A stretch of DNA of 64,000 bases from Micavibrio sp. (GTDB lineage Bacteria; Pseudomonadota; Alphaproteobacteria; Micavibrionales; UBA2020). The stretch is from positions 715,762-779,761 of the forward strand of contig JAPWJZ010000008.1 in assembly GCA_028283745.1 (NCBI GenBank), read 5' to 3'. The stretch's first letter is position 1. Every line of letters starts with the position of its first letter. The notes beneath the pieces were generated by a model, which was not told the origin of the DNA, made no database searches, and saw only the letters and a program-made list of their open reading frames with translations. Of this stretch, positions 8,356-16,448 are shown one piece after another. The position numbers and the translations under genes are program-made.

Positions 8356-10458
8356 ATGGAATCGGACCGGGGCCCGGCAGAAGCCGGGGTCAACGCAGCA
8401 CCCGAACAGCGCGCCACGCCGAAAGGCGATAGCGGCTTTGAATCCATTCTGGCGACGACCAGTGACGCCGGCCATATCATGGTTGGTCCCGACATCGAAA
8501 TTTTCCCCGCCCGCCCGCGGCCAGACCTTGCCAGCATCGAAACACAGGCGTTTGATGCAAAAGACCGCCGCATTGGCGGTGAACAGTTTGCGCTGCTTTG
8601 CCGCAACAGCCGCGTGCCGGCGGCAACCAGCATCGGGTCTTACAAAAACCTGCGCACCCACAACGTGATCCGCCTTTTGCAGGCCGGTATTATTGACTGG
8701 AAGCCGGATGGCCGCCAACGCCTTGCGCTTGTGTTTGAAAAGCCGCAGGGCCGCCGGTTGCTGGCGGAGCAGAATGGCAAGCCGCTGCATATTGCCGAAG
8801 ACCGCCTGATTGAAACGCTGATCAAGCCCGTGCTGGAAGTGCTGCAGGAATTCCGCGAGGTTGACATGGTGCATGGGGCCATCAGCCTCGACAACATGTT
8901 CCTGCATGGCGCGGAAGGCAATGAAAAGGTGATGCTGGGCGAATGCCTGTCCAGCGCGCCGTTCTTCCGCCAGAGCGCGCTGTTCTGCACCATTGAAAAA
9001 GGCATGGCGCAACCCTCCGGCCGCGGCGCGGGCACGCTGAAGGACGACCTTTATTCCCTTGGCATATGTGTGGCCATGCTGGCGCGCGGCATTAACTTTA
9101 TGGCCGATAAAAAACCGGGGCAGATTTTGGTGGAGAAGATGGAGCAGGGCTCCTTCGCCTTCGCCAGCGGCGGGGAACGGCTTGCGCCCGCGCTGTCCGA
9201 ATTCCTGCGCGGCGTCTTGAACGATGATGAAAAGCAGCGCTGGGAAATTGACGAAGCCTTACGCTGGTCCGAAGGCCGCAGGGTTGCGACCAAGCAGCAA
9301 TACGTTCCCATGAAGGCCTCGCGCCCCTTCGTGTTCCGCGATGAAAAGTATTGGGATTTACGCTCCCTTTCCTATGCTTTTTCGCAGCACGTTTCGGAAG
9401 CGGCGGCAGCGCTGGAAAAAGACCATTTCCTGCTCTGGATCAAGCGCAACTTTGAAGACAAGCTTCTGGCCAAGCGTCTCGACCCCATCTGGTCGGACAA
9501 CAAGAACGAAGCCAAGGAACGCGTGGTTTCTGCCGTTTGCGCCGCGCTCGATACGCGCGCGCCCGTGCGCTATCGCGGCCTTGCCATTTTTCCGACCGGT
9601 TTTGCCGGTGCGCTCGCCGAAGTGATGGCGCGGCAGGAAGATGTGCAGGCGCATGCGGAAATGATTGCGACGCAAATGTTCTCCAGCTGGCTGAACCATT
9701 ATTTCGAGGTCGAGGGCGGGGAAGACAGCTCCGGCCTTGTGACGCTGTTTGAAAAGTGCCGAAGCTTCCTCGTGCAGAAAATGCCGGTCTACGGCATCGA
9801 GCGCGTGCTGTATATGCTGAACAAGGAAGTCAGCTGCATGAGCCCCGTGCTGCTGAAGCACGTGGTCTTGAGCCCCGGCAGCCTGCTGCTGGCGCTGGAA
9901 GATATTGCGCGCGGCGCCAACAAGCCCGAAAATATTCTCGACCGCCACATGATGGCGTTTATTTCCGTGCGGGAGCCGAAAATGATCGACCCGTATTTAG
10001 GGCATGTTATTTCCCGCGACCGGGGTTACCAGATGGTGGGCATTACCCGCGTGCTGGCGGCTATTCAACGGCGCTTCAATACCGGCGCGGTGCCGGCGCT
10101 GGGCAACTGGCTTATTTCGCTTATTGGCCCCGCCGTTGACCGTTTCAACGACCGCGATTTGCGGGCGGAACTGGGCCGCCGCACGGGCAAACTTGAAAAT
10201 TCCGGCAACCTTTCCGCTATTCTCGAGCTTATCGACAATGGCAACCTGGTGCAGGAAGACCTGCAGAAATATGTGCTGGCACGCCGCGAATTCGCAGGAC
10301 TGCTGCGGGAACGCGCGTTGATCGAAGGCCAGCTGCAGCGCCGCAAAACCTTTGGCCGCGGCGCAGGGCGGCAGGTGGCGATGGTTATTTCGGCTTCCAT
10401 TTCGCTGCTGTGCATTCTTGGCTATCTCATCATGCATTTTTCGGGGAGTGCCGCCTGA
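8356..10458 (+). CDS. Membrane-anchored protein-kinase-like protein, predicted catalytically inactive
   Basis: 700 aa. Kinase-fold landmarks are present but degenerate. The catalytic-loop equivalent is MVHGAISLDNMFL (HGA in place of HRD, S in place of K). LGEC replaces DFG. TIEKGMAQP sits where APE would be. DDLYSLGICVAMLARG matches subdomain IX well. No GxGxxG or VAIK Lys seen. A ~340-aa C-terminal domain is followed by one TM helix, VAMVISASISLLCILGYLIMHF. Confidence 0.75.
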   Translation: MESDRGPAEAGVNAAPEQRATPKGDSGFESILATTSDAGHIMVGPDIEIFPARPRPDLASIETQAFDAKDRRIGGEQFALLCRNSRVPAATSIGSYKNLRTHNVIRLLQAGIIDWKPDGRQRLALVFEKPQGRRLLAEQNGKPLHIAEDRLIETLIKPVLEVLQEFREVDMVHGAISLDNMFLHGAEGNEKVMLGECLSSAPFFRQSALFCTIEKGMAQPSGRGAGTLKDDLYSLGICVAMLARGINFMADKKPGQILVEKMEQGSFAFASGGERLAPALSEFLRGVLNDDEKQRWEIDEALRWSEGRRVATKQQYVPMKASRPFVFRDEKYWDLRSLSYAFSQHVSEAAAALEKDHFLLWIKRNFEDKLLAKRLDPIWSDNKNEAKERVVSAVCAALDTRAPVRYRGLAIFPTGFAGALAEVMARQEDVQAHAEMIATQMFSSWLNHYFEVEGGEDSSGLVTLFEKCRSFLVQKMPVYGIERVLYMLNKEVSCMSPVLLKHVVLSPGSLLLALEDIARGANKPENILDRHMMAFISVREPKMIDPYLGHVISRDRGYQMVGITRVLAAIQRRFNTGAVPALGNWLISLIGPAVDRFNDRDLRAELGRRTGKLENSGNLSAILELIDNGNLVQEDLQKYVLARREFAGLLRERALIEGQLQRRKTFGRGAGRQVAMVISASISLLCILGYLIMHFSGSAA

Positions 10459-10925
10459 TGGCTGAAGCCGCGCCCAAAAAGAAAAAAATCCCCTTCAGCG
10501 TCAAGTTCGCTATTTTGTGCGTGCTGGTGACGGCGGCGCTGTTCCTTCCCACGACGTTGCTGTTCTGCGGCTGCCTTGTGCCGACGGTCGTGGCCTTCAT
10601 CATCGACCCGCATCCGCAAAAGACAGCCTGGGTCACGGTGGGCTGCATGAACTTCGCCGGCACCGTGCCCGCATGGATGCTGCTGATTGGCAACGGCGCG
10701 TCGAGCGGCAATCATATTGATCAGGCAATGTCGATTTTAATGCAGGCCAGCACCATCATCATGGCCTATGGCGGGGCGGCTGCGGGCTGGCTCATCTTCA
10801 ACAACGTCACGCCGCTCGTCTCCGGCCTCATGGTCATGAAGAACGAGAAAAGATTGAAAGACATAGATAAAAGGCAAAAAGAGCTGGCCCGCAAATGGGG
10901 CCCAGATGTCTCTACCATGGGGTAA
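10458..10925 (+). CDS. Small polytopic membrane protein (about 4 TM), function unknown
   Basis: ATG 10458 overlaps the upstream stop (TGATG). MAEAAPKKKK is followed by hydrophobic segments FAILCVLVTAALFL, VPTVVAFII, AGTVPAWMLLI and IIMAYGGAAAGWLIF, then a charged C-tail. Confidence 0.6.
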   Translation: MAEAAPKKKKIPFSVKFAILCVLVTAALFLPTTLLFCGCLVPTVVAFIIDPHPQKTAWVTVGCMNFAGTVPAWMLLIGNGASSGNHIDQAMSILMQASTIIMAYGGAAAGWLIFNNVTPLVSGLMVMKNEKRLKDIDKRQKELARKWGPDVSTMG

Positions 10926-11106
10926 TCCCGTGGCTTTTTAGCAAAATTTTAAAGGATTGAATTTGTTAGGCTTTCTAGCGAATATTAAGCAGGGTTTAAC
11001 AGGAACCGATTACAATGAGAAGGTTAGGTAAAGGCTTTTTGTCATGAGCTGCGCGAGAGTCAACAGGCGCGCCGGATGCAAAGCGGATAATAAAGGGGCG
11101 ATTAAG

Positions 11107-11649
11107 ATGCGCAGAAATTTCAAACGCTGGCTCCGCGGAGACGACGCAGCAACCGCTGTGGAATTCGCGATGGTGGTGCCGCCGTTGCTGACGCTGATCA
11201 TCGGCATTCTTGAAGTGTCGATGTTTTTTGCCGCGGGCACGGTGCTGGAAGGCGGCTCCGCGCAGGCCGCGCGGCTTATCCGCACGGGGCAGGTGCAAAT
11301 GTCGTCCGATCCGCAAAAAACCTTTGCCACCAGCCTTTGTTCGAACATCAAGGCCATGCTGGACTGCACCAAGGTGCAATATGAAGTCATCGAGGCGACG
11401 GGCGATACCTTCCTGAATGCCGCCACCACCAAGCCGACGATTGACAGCAATGGCAACCTGGTGCCGAAAAGCTTCGCGTCCGGCAAATCCAACAGCGTTA
11501 TTATTGTGCGTTCCTATTATAAGTGGGAATTTTTCACACCGTATCTTGGTTCCATGATGACGGGCAGCATGGATAAAAACTGGCTGCCGTTGATGTCCAC
11601 CGTCGTCATCAAGTCCGAGCCGTATAACGCTGCAGATTCGTCGGGTTAG
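11107..11649 (+). CDS. TadE/TadF-like minor pilin (TadE-like domain)
   Basis: The ORF opens at 11044; ATG 11107 gives MRRNFKRWLRGDDAATAVEFAMVVPPLLTLIIGILE, the typical TadE N-terminus. Confidence 0.8.
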   Translation: MRRNFKRWLRGDDAATAVEFAMVVPPLLTLIIGILEVSMFFAAGTVLEGGSAQAARLIRTGQVQMSSDPQKTFATSLCSNIKAMLDCTKVQYEVIEATGDTFLNAATTKPTIDSNGNLVPKSFASGKSNSVIIVRSYYKWEFFTPYLGSMMTGSMDKNWLPLMSTVVIKSEPYNAADSSG

Positions 11650-11653
11650 AAAC

Positions 11654-12175
11654 ATGCGTGGATTTAAACAGTTCATGAAGGACGACAGCGCCGTTGCCGC
11701 AATCGAGGCAGGGCTGCTCTTTCCGCTGCTGGTCATGATTTTGTGCGGCACGATTGACCTTGGCATGATGCTGCTGACCAGCCAGAAGGTGGTGAACGCC
11801 GCCCAGACCATCAGCGACCTTATGACCCGCGGCACGCAGGTGTCCGATACAGACATTAACGATGCCATCATGGCGGGACAAATGGCGCTAATGCCTTATA
11901 GCACGACATCTTACGGGGTTGATATTGTCGGTATCCAGTTCATCGGCACCACGCTGGTGCCGACGGTTGAGTGGCGCAAGACGCAAAACATGGGCATCAA
12001 CAACAACGTGCTGGCGAAAAGCGACGGCATGGGCGCGCAGGATGAAGGCATTGTGGCGGTGACCGTGAACTATACGTTTACGCCCATCTTTACCAGCGTC
12101 GTCACGGGGCCCATGAAGATGAAAGAAGAATCCTACGCCCGCGGGCGCAAGGGGCTTTTTGTGGCCAAGGTTTGA
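11654..12175 (+). CDS. TadE/TadF-like minor pilin
   Basis: 173 aa. MRGFKQFMKDDSAVAAIEAGLLFPLLVMILCGTIDLG is a TadE-like N-terminal domain. Confidence 0.8.
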   Translation: MRGFKQFMKDDSAVAAIEAGLLFPLLVMILCGTIDLGMMLLTSQKVVNAAQTISDLMTRGTQVSDTDINDAIMAGQMALMPYSTTSYGVDIVGIQFIGTTLVPTVEWRKTQNMGINNNVLAKSDGMGAQDEGIVAVTVNYTFTPIFTSVVTGPMKMKEESYARGRKGLFVAKV

Positions 12176-12215
12176 TTTACAGCAGGCTTTAACGCGAATA
12201 ACGGGAGCATTGAAC

Positions 12216-13976
12216 ATGCAGCACATGCCGAACAGACTTTTGCGGTCGCTCCGTTACTGGCGGGTCAATACCACGGCATCGGTCGCGCTGATCTTCGCGT
12301 TCGCCCTGCCGGCTTTCGTCGCTGGCGCGGGCATGGCGGTGGATATTGCGCAGGCCTATAACGTTAAAACACGCCTCAGCAACGCGCTTGATAAAGCGGC
12401 GCTGGCGGCGGGTTCCAGCGACGGCAGCGTCGATATGCTGACCGCGCGCATCAACAAGTTCTTCAAAGCCAACTATCCGGATAATTCTCTTGGCACGCCG
12501 TCGGAACTGCACGTGACGCTGGGCGATGGCACCGTCATGGTATCCACCAGCGCCCGCGTGCCGACCACGTTCATGGCCATCATGGGGCAGGATTATATTA
12601 CCGTCAGCGCGGACACCGAGGTGAAGCGCGAAGTTGCCGGCCTTGAAATTGTGCTGGTGATGGATAACACCGGTTCCATGGCCGACCCCGCAGGCGGTGG
12701 TGTCAGTAAAATTGCTGCCTCCAAAACGGCGGCGTCGACACTGGTGAATACGCTGTTCGGTGCGAATTCCAACGTGCCGATCCTGTGGATGGGGGTTGTG
12801 CCGTTTTCGCAGGCAGTGAACGTCGGCACCGGGCATTCCAACTGGACGACGACCGACAGCAACAACTGGGGCGATACCAGCTGGGGCGGCTGCGTTGAAG
12901 CGCGCGATGCCAATAGCCGCGACGTGACGGATGACCCGCCCGCGACCGAGACCTTCCCGAAATATTATTCGGCCTGCAGCTCCACCAACAACAACGTGTG
13001 GTGGTATACGCTGGGCAGCGACATTGCCAGCAACGGCACCTTTGCATCCTCCAGTTCATGGACGCTCGGGACCAACTGGTCGATTACCGGCGGCGTTGCC
13101 AAAAAAACCAGCACCAACAACAGCAACATCAGCGAGTCGGTGACGATTACCAGCGGCAAGAAGTATGACGTGACCTATACGGTCGCGACGCGCACCGCGG
13201 GTTCCGTGACCGTGAAGGTCGGCAATACCAGCGGCACGGCGCGCAGCAGCGCCGGTACTTATACCGAAACCATCAAGGCGGGCAGCAGCAGTGGCGGCAT
13301 TATTCTGGCGGCCACAGGTTTTACCGGTACGCTTGATAACATCAGCGTTGTGCCGCATAACGACTGCACAAGCGGCGGCACAATTCATTCCTACTCCCCG
13401 CTGGATACGACGACTCTAGGCCCCAACAAGTATTGCGCGCAGCCTCTTTTGGGCATGACCAAAGATAAAACCAAGGTTCTGGCTGCCATTGACTCCATGC
13501 AGGCCGTCGGCAGTACCATGATTGACCTTGGCATGTCGTGGGGCTGGCGCATGCTGTCGCCGCGCTGGCGCGGTCTTTGGGGCGGAGATATGGACGCCAA
13601 CAGCTTGCCGCTCAATTACAATACGCCGACGATGAACAAGGTCGTCATTCTGATGACGGACGGTGACAACAGCTTCGGTTCCAACAACTACACCGGTTAC
13701 GGTGTGCTGTCGGACGGTCGCATCGCCACCAACAGCTCAACGGCGAACACGACCCTGAACACGCGCACCACCGCCATTTGCAACTCGCTGAAGGCGAATA
13801 ACGTGATTATTTATACAATCGCGCTGGGTGCCGACCTTAACACGACGAGTCTCAACATGCTTAAGGCCTGCGCCAGCAAGCCCAGCGATTACTTCCAGTC
13901 ACCAACGACGGATGCGCTGCAGTCTTCTTTTGAGGCCATTGCAGCCCAGCTGAACTCGCTGCACATTACCAACTGA
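12216..13976 (+). CDS. TadG-like pilus-associated protein with a vWA domain carrying a beta-rich insert
   Basis: ATG 12216 with a GGGAG RBS. TadG N-terminus VNTTASVALIFAFALPAFVAGAGMAVDIAQAY. vWA MIDAS-type LEIVLVMDNTGSM, later VVILMTDGDN and VIIYTIALG. Confidence 0.8.
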   Translation: MQHMPNRLLRSLRYWRVNTTASVALIFAFALPAFVAGAGMAVDIAQAYNVKTRLSNALDKAALAAGSSDGSVDMLTARINKFFKANYPDNSLGTPSELHVTLGDGTVMVSTSARVPTTFMAIMGQDYITVSADTEVKREVAGLEIVLVMDNTGSMADPAGGGVSKIAASKTAASTLVNTLFGANSNVPILWMGVVPFSQAVNVGTGHSNWTTTDSNNWGDTSWGGCVEARDANSRDVTDDPPATETFPKYYSACSSTNNNVWWYTLGSDIASNGTFASSSSWTLGTNWSITGGVAKKTSTNNSNISESVTITSGKKYDVTYTVATRTAGSVTVKVGNTSGTARSSAGTYTETIKAGSSSGGIILAATGFTGTLDNISVVPHNDCTSGGTIHSYSPLDTTTLGPNKYCAQPLLGMTKDKTKVLAAIDSMQAVGSTMIDLGMSWGWRMLSPRWRGLWGGDMDANSLPLNYNTPTMNKVVILMTDGDNSFGSNNYTGYGVLSDGRIATNSSTANTTLNTRTTAICNSLKANNVIIYTIALGADLNTTSLNMLKACASKPSDYFQSPTTDALQSSFEAIAAQLNSLHITN

Positions 13977-13996
13977 TTAAAAAACGTTACGAAAAA

Positions 13997-14024
13997 GCCG
14001 GGCAGAAAAAGCCCGGCTTTTTTA
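13997..14024 (+). terminator. Rho-independent terminator after the tadG-like gene
   Basis: GCCGGGCagaaaaaGCCCGGCtttttt. Confidence 0.7.
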
Positions 14025-14254
14025 TTTGCCGTTATTTTTGCTGGGTATTTTATAGACGCCGAAAATTTTACGCATATTTTAAAAAATCAAATTTTATACA
14101 AATAAATAACGATTTGACTTTAAAAATCTGTGCGAATATTTGAGTATTAATTGTTTTTCGTATTGATATTAATACTTTTGAAACCGTTTAGACACTATAC
14201 TGAAGTTATAAGGTTCTGGTTTCACAAATCACAAACAAAAAAACGGAGGGTACT

Positions 14255-14428
14255 ATGATTAACAACATCAACAAATTCGCGAAAAATGAAGACGGCGCAA
14301 CGGCTATCGAATACGGCCTTATTGCTGCCGGCATCGCTGTAGCGATCGCAACGGCCGTCTTCCTCGTCGGTTCCAAACTAACCGGCCTGTTCACCAGCGT
14401 ATCAGAAAAAGTGACCGTCGCCAGCTAA
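14255..14428 (+). CDS. flp: Flp/Fap-family type IVc pilin (57 aa; not in the ORF track)
   Basis: Hand translation: MINNINKFAKNEDG/ATAIEYGLIAAGIAVAIATAVFLVGSKLTGLFTSVSEKVTVAS. Contains the Flp motif G/ATAIEYGLI. GGAGGG RBS at 14245-14250. Confidence 0.85.
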   Translation: MINNINKFAKNEDGATAIEYGLIAAGIAVAIATAVFLVGSKLTGLFTSVSEKVTVAS

Positions 14429-14453
14429 TCACGGCGCGACACTTTCAAAAAAA

Positions 14454-14481
14454 CCCGCCATCGAAGGATGGCGGGTTTTTT
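14454..14481 (+). terminator. Strong rho-independent terminator directly after flp
   Basis: CCCGCCATCgaagGATGGCGGGtttttt. Confidence 0.75.
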
Positions 14482-14590
14482 CTTGTGCCGTATCGCGCCG
14501 CCGCACATCGCGCTTATACAGCGGGAAATGATGAATAAAGGGCAGGGGCTCTTAAGCCATATTTAACGGCAGGCATATTAAAATTAAGGT

Positions 14591-14797
14591 ATGTCAGCCC
14601 CAGCAAAAACCCTTCCGGAATATGCCTTCAGCGCGCCACGCCGTCTTGAAAAAGTATGGCAGCGGGACGATGGCGCGACCGCCATCGAGTACACGCTGAT
14701 TGCAGCGGGTGTGGCGCTGGCGATTGCAACGGCGGTCTTCCTGCTCGGCAGCAGCCTGGTTGTCGCCTACGACAAGGTGCTGAACCTCTTCCTGTAG
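14591..14797 (+). CDS. Second Flp-family pilin with a long leader
   Basis: 68 aa. RDDG/ATAIEYTLIAAGVALAIATAVFLLG is the same Flp motif, but it is preceded by a 27-aa leader. Confidence 0.7.
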   Translation: MSAPAKTLPEYAFSAPRRLEKVWQRDDGATAIEYTLIAAGVALAIATAVFLLGSSLVVAYDKVLNLFL

Positions 14798-14872
14798 ATT
14801 TACCGTAAACATGCAAGTCTTTGATTCAATTGCCACGCAACTTTAAGGGAGCCTTAAAGGGCTGCCCTTATA

Positions 14873-15460
14873 ATGGTGAGTTGCGAATATCCCCTGCGGC
14901 CTTCCGCCCGCGCTTTCAGTAATGGTTTATGGATTATGCTTGTTTCACTGCTTCTTGTCATTGTGCTGGTGACAACCGTGCTGGCCTGCGTCTCCGACGT
15001 TATGTCGCTGCGCATTCCGAACCTCTATTCCCTTATCGTCATCGCGGCTTTTGGGCTGGCCTTTGTCGCCGCGCCGGATGCGTTTGACGTGTGGTGGGAA
15101 TATGTGGGCGCGTTCGGGCTCATGTTCGCCATTACATATATCATGTTCCTGTTCGGCGCGATGGGGGGCGGGGATTCCAAGTTCGGCACAGCGCTTGCCC
15201 TCTGGGTCGGGCTGCACGGGCTGCTGGCCTACGTGTTCTGGATGGCGGTTGTTGGCGGCATTGTCGGCGGCCTGTCGCTGTACTTCAAAAAGAAGAAGCC
15301 ATTTGCCGCGCCCCGTCCCGGCAGCTGGGTCGCGCAGGTGCAGGAGGGACGCAATGCCGTTCCTTATGGAATTGCGATTGGCGTCGGCGGCTGGCTGGCC
15401 TTGTTGCAAACGGGACTCATAACTCATCAATTAGGTGAGCTTTTTAAAATAATCCATTAG
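14873..15460 (+). CDS. cpaA: Prepilin peptidase, A24 family (CpaA/TadV)
   Basis: Polytopic membrane protein with the two Asp motifs CVSDVMSLRIPN and MGGGDSKF. The alternative start ATG 14936 would give a typical ~174-aa protein. Confidence 0.85.
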   Translation: MVSCEYPLRPSARAFSNGLWIMLVSLLLVIVLVTTVLACVSDVMSLRIPNLYSLIVIAAFGLAFVAAPDAFDVWWEYVGAFGLMFAITYIMFLFGAMGGGDSKFGTALALWVGLHGLLAYVFWMAVVGGIVGGLSLYFKKKKPFAAPRPGSWVAQVQEGRNAVPYGIAIGVGGWLALLQTGLITHQLGELFKIIH

Positions 15461-15542
15461 AAACTTTCACTTTTTTCTGGACAGACATGCATATTGTCGC
15501 CGAGAATGGACCTTGAGTTGAGATTTGTTATTGGGGGATATC

Positions 15543-16433
15543 ATGAATAGAAGCGTTTTGTTGATCATGGGGGGAGCATTGCTGGTGGCAATTGTTGTCG
15601 CCATGCTTGTGCAAGCGAAGCTGGGCGCAAAGCCGCAAGGTCCGGGCCCTCTCAGCCAGATCCTCGTCGCGAATAAGCACTTGGCGACAGGTACTCAACT
15701 AACAGCTGAAGATACGCGTTGGCAGGATTGGCCGGAAAGCGCCATCTTCACAGGTGTCATTCAGAAAAAAGATTATCCCGATGATAAACAACCGGAAGTC
15801 TACAACGCGCCGCTGCGCCGCACGATTGAAAGCGGCGAGCCGATAACAACGCAGGCGATGCTGGATTCCAAGGGCGCGACCAGTTTCCTTGCAGCCTCCA
15901 TTTCGCCCAACATGCGCGCGGTTTCCATTCCGGTGTCGCTTGATACGTCGGTCGGCGGCTTCATCCAGCCGGGCGACCATGTAGACATCATGCTCGCCTA
16001 TACCGTTTCTGTGCCAAGTGATGCGCAGCAGTTCTCACAGCAGATGGTCAACCGCTTCGGCAGCCAGACTGTCCTCAGCAACGTAAAAATCCTCGCTGTC
16101 GACCAGGCATTCAAGAACGATCCTGACACCGCTTCAACCGATGGCAAGACCTCCATCCGTAACATCACGGTCGAAGTGACGAAGGAGGGTGCGGAAACGC
16201 TGGCGCTCTCCAAGCTTATGGGTGACCTGTCGCTGTCGCTCCGCCGTATCGGCGAAGTTGATGCCCCGGCCTCCACCGTCAACCCGCTCATCACCGACGT
16301 CACCACCGTCGACCTGCTGAAGCGCATGAATTCCATAGTCACGAAAATTAAATCCAATTCCACCGTCCGGATTTATAGCGGTACCGGGATCCAGAACGTT
16401 CCCGTCCGCAACACGAATTCTACCGGACAATAA
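15543..16433 (+). CDS. cpaB: Flp pilus assembly protein CpaB/RcpC
   Basis: The ORF opens at TTG 15525; ATG 15543 gives MNRSVLLIMGGALLVAIVVAML (N-terminal TM). SAF-like region ILVANKHLATGTQL. Sits in the cpaA-cpaC position. Confidence 0.85.
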   Translation: MNRSVLLIMGGALLVAIVVAMLVQAKLGAKPQGPGPLSQILVANKHLATGTQLTAEDTRWQDWPESAIFTGVIQKKDYPDDKQPEVYNAPLRRTIESGEPITTQAMLDSKGATSFLAASISPNMRAVSIPVSLDTSVGGFIQPGDHVDIMLAYTVSVPSDAQQFSQQMVNRFGSQTVLSNVKILAVDQAFKNDPDTASTDGKTSIRNITVEVTKEGAETLALSKLMGDLSLSLRRIGEVDAPASTVNPLITDVTTVDLLKRMNSIVTKIKSNSTVRIYSGTGIQNVPVRNTNSTGQ

Positions 16434-16448
16434 GAAAGGCGGCTTCAT

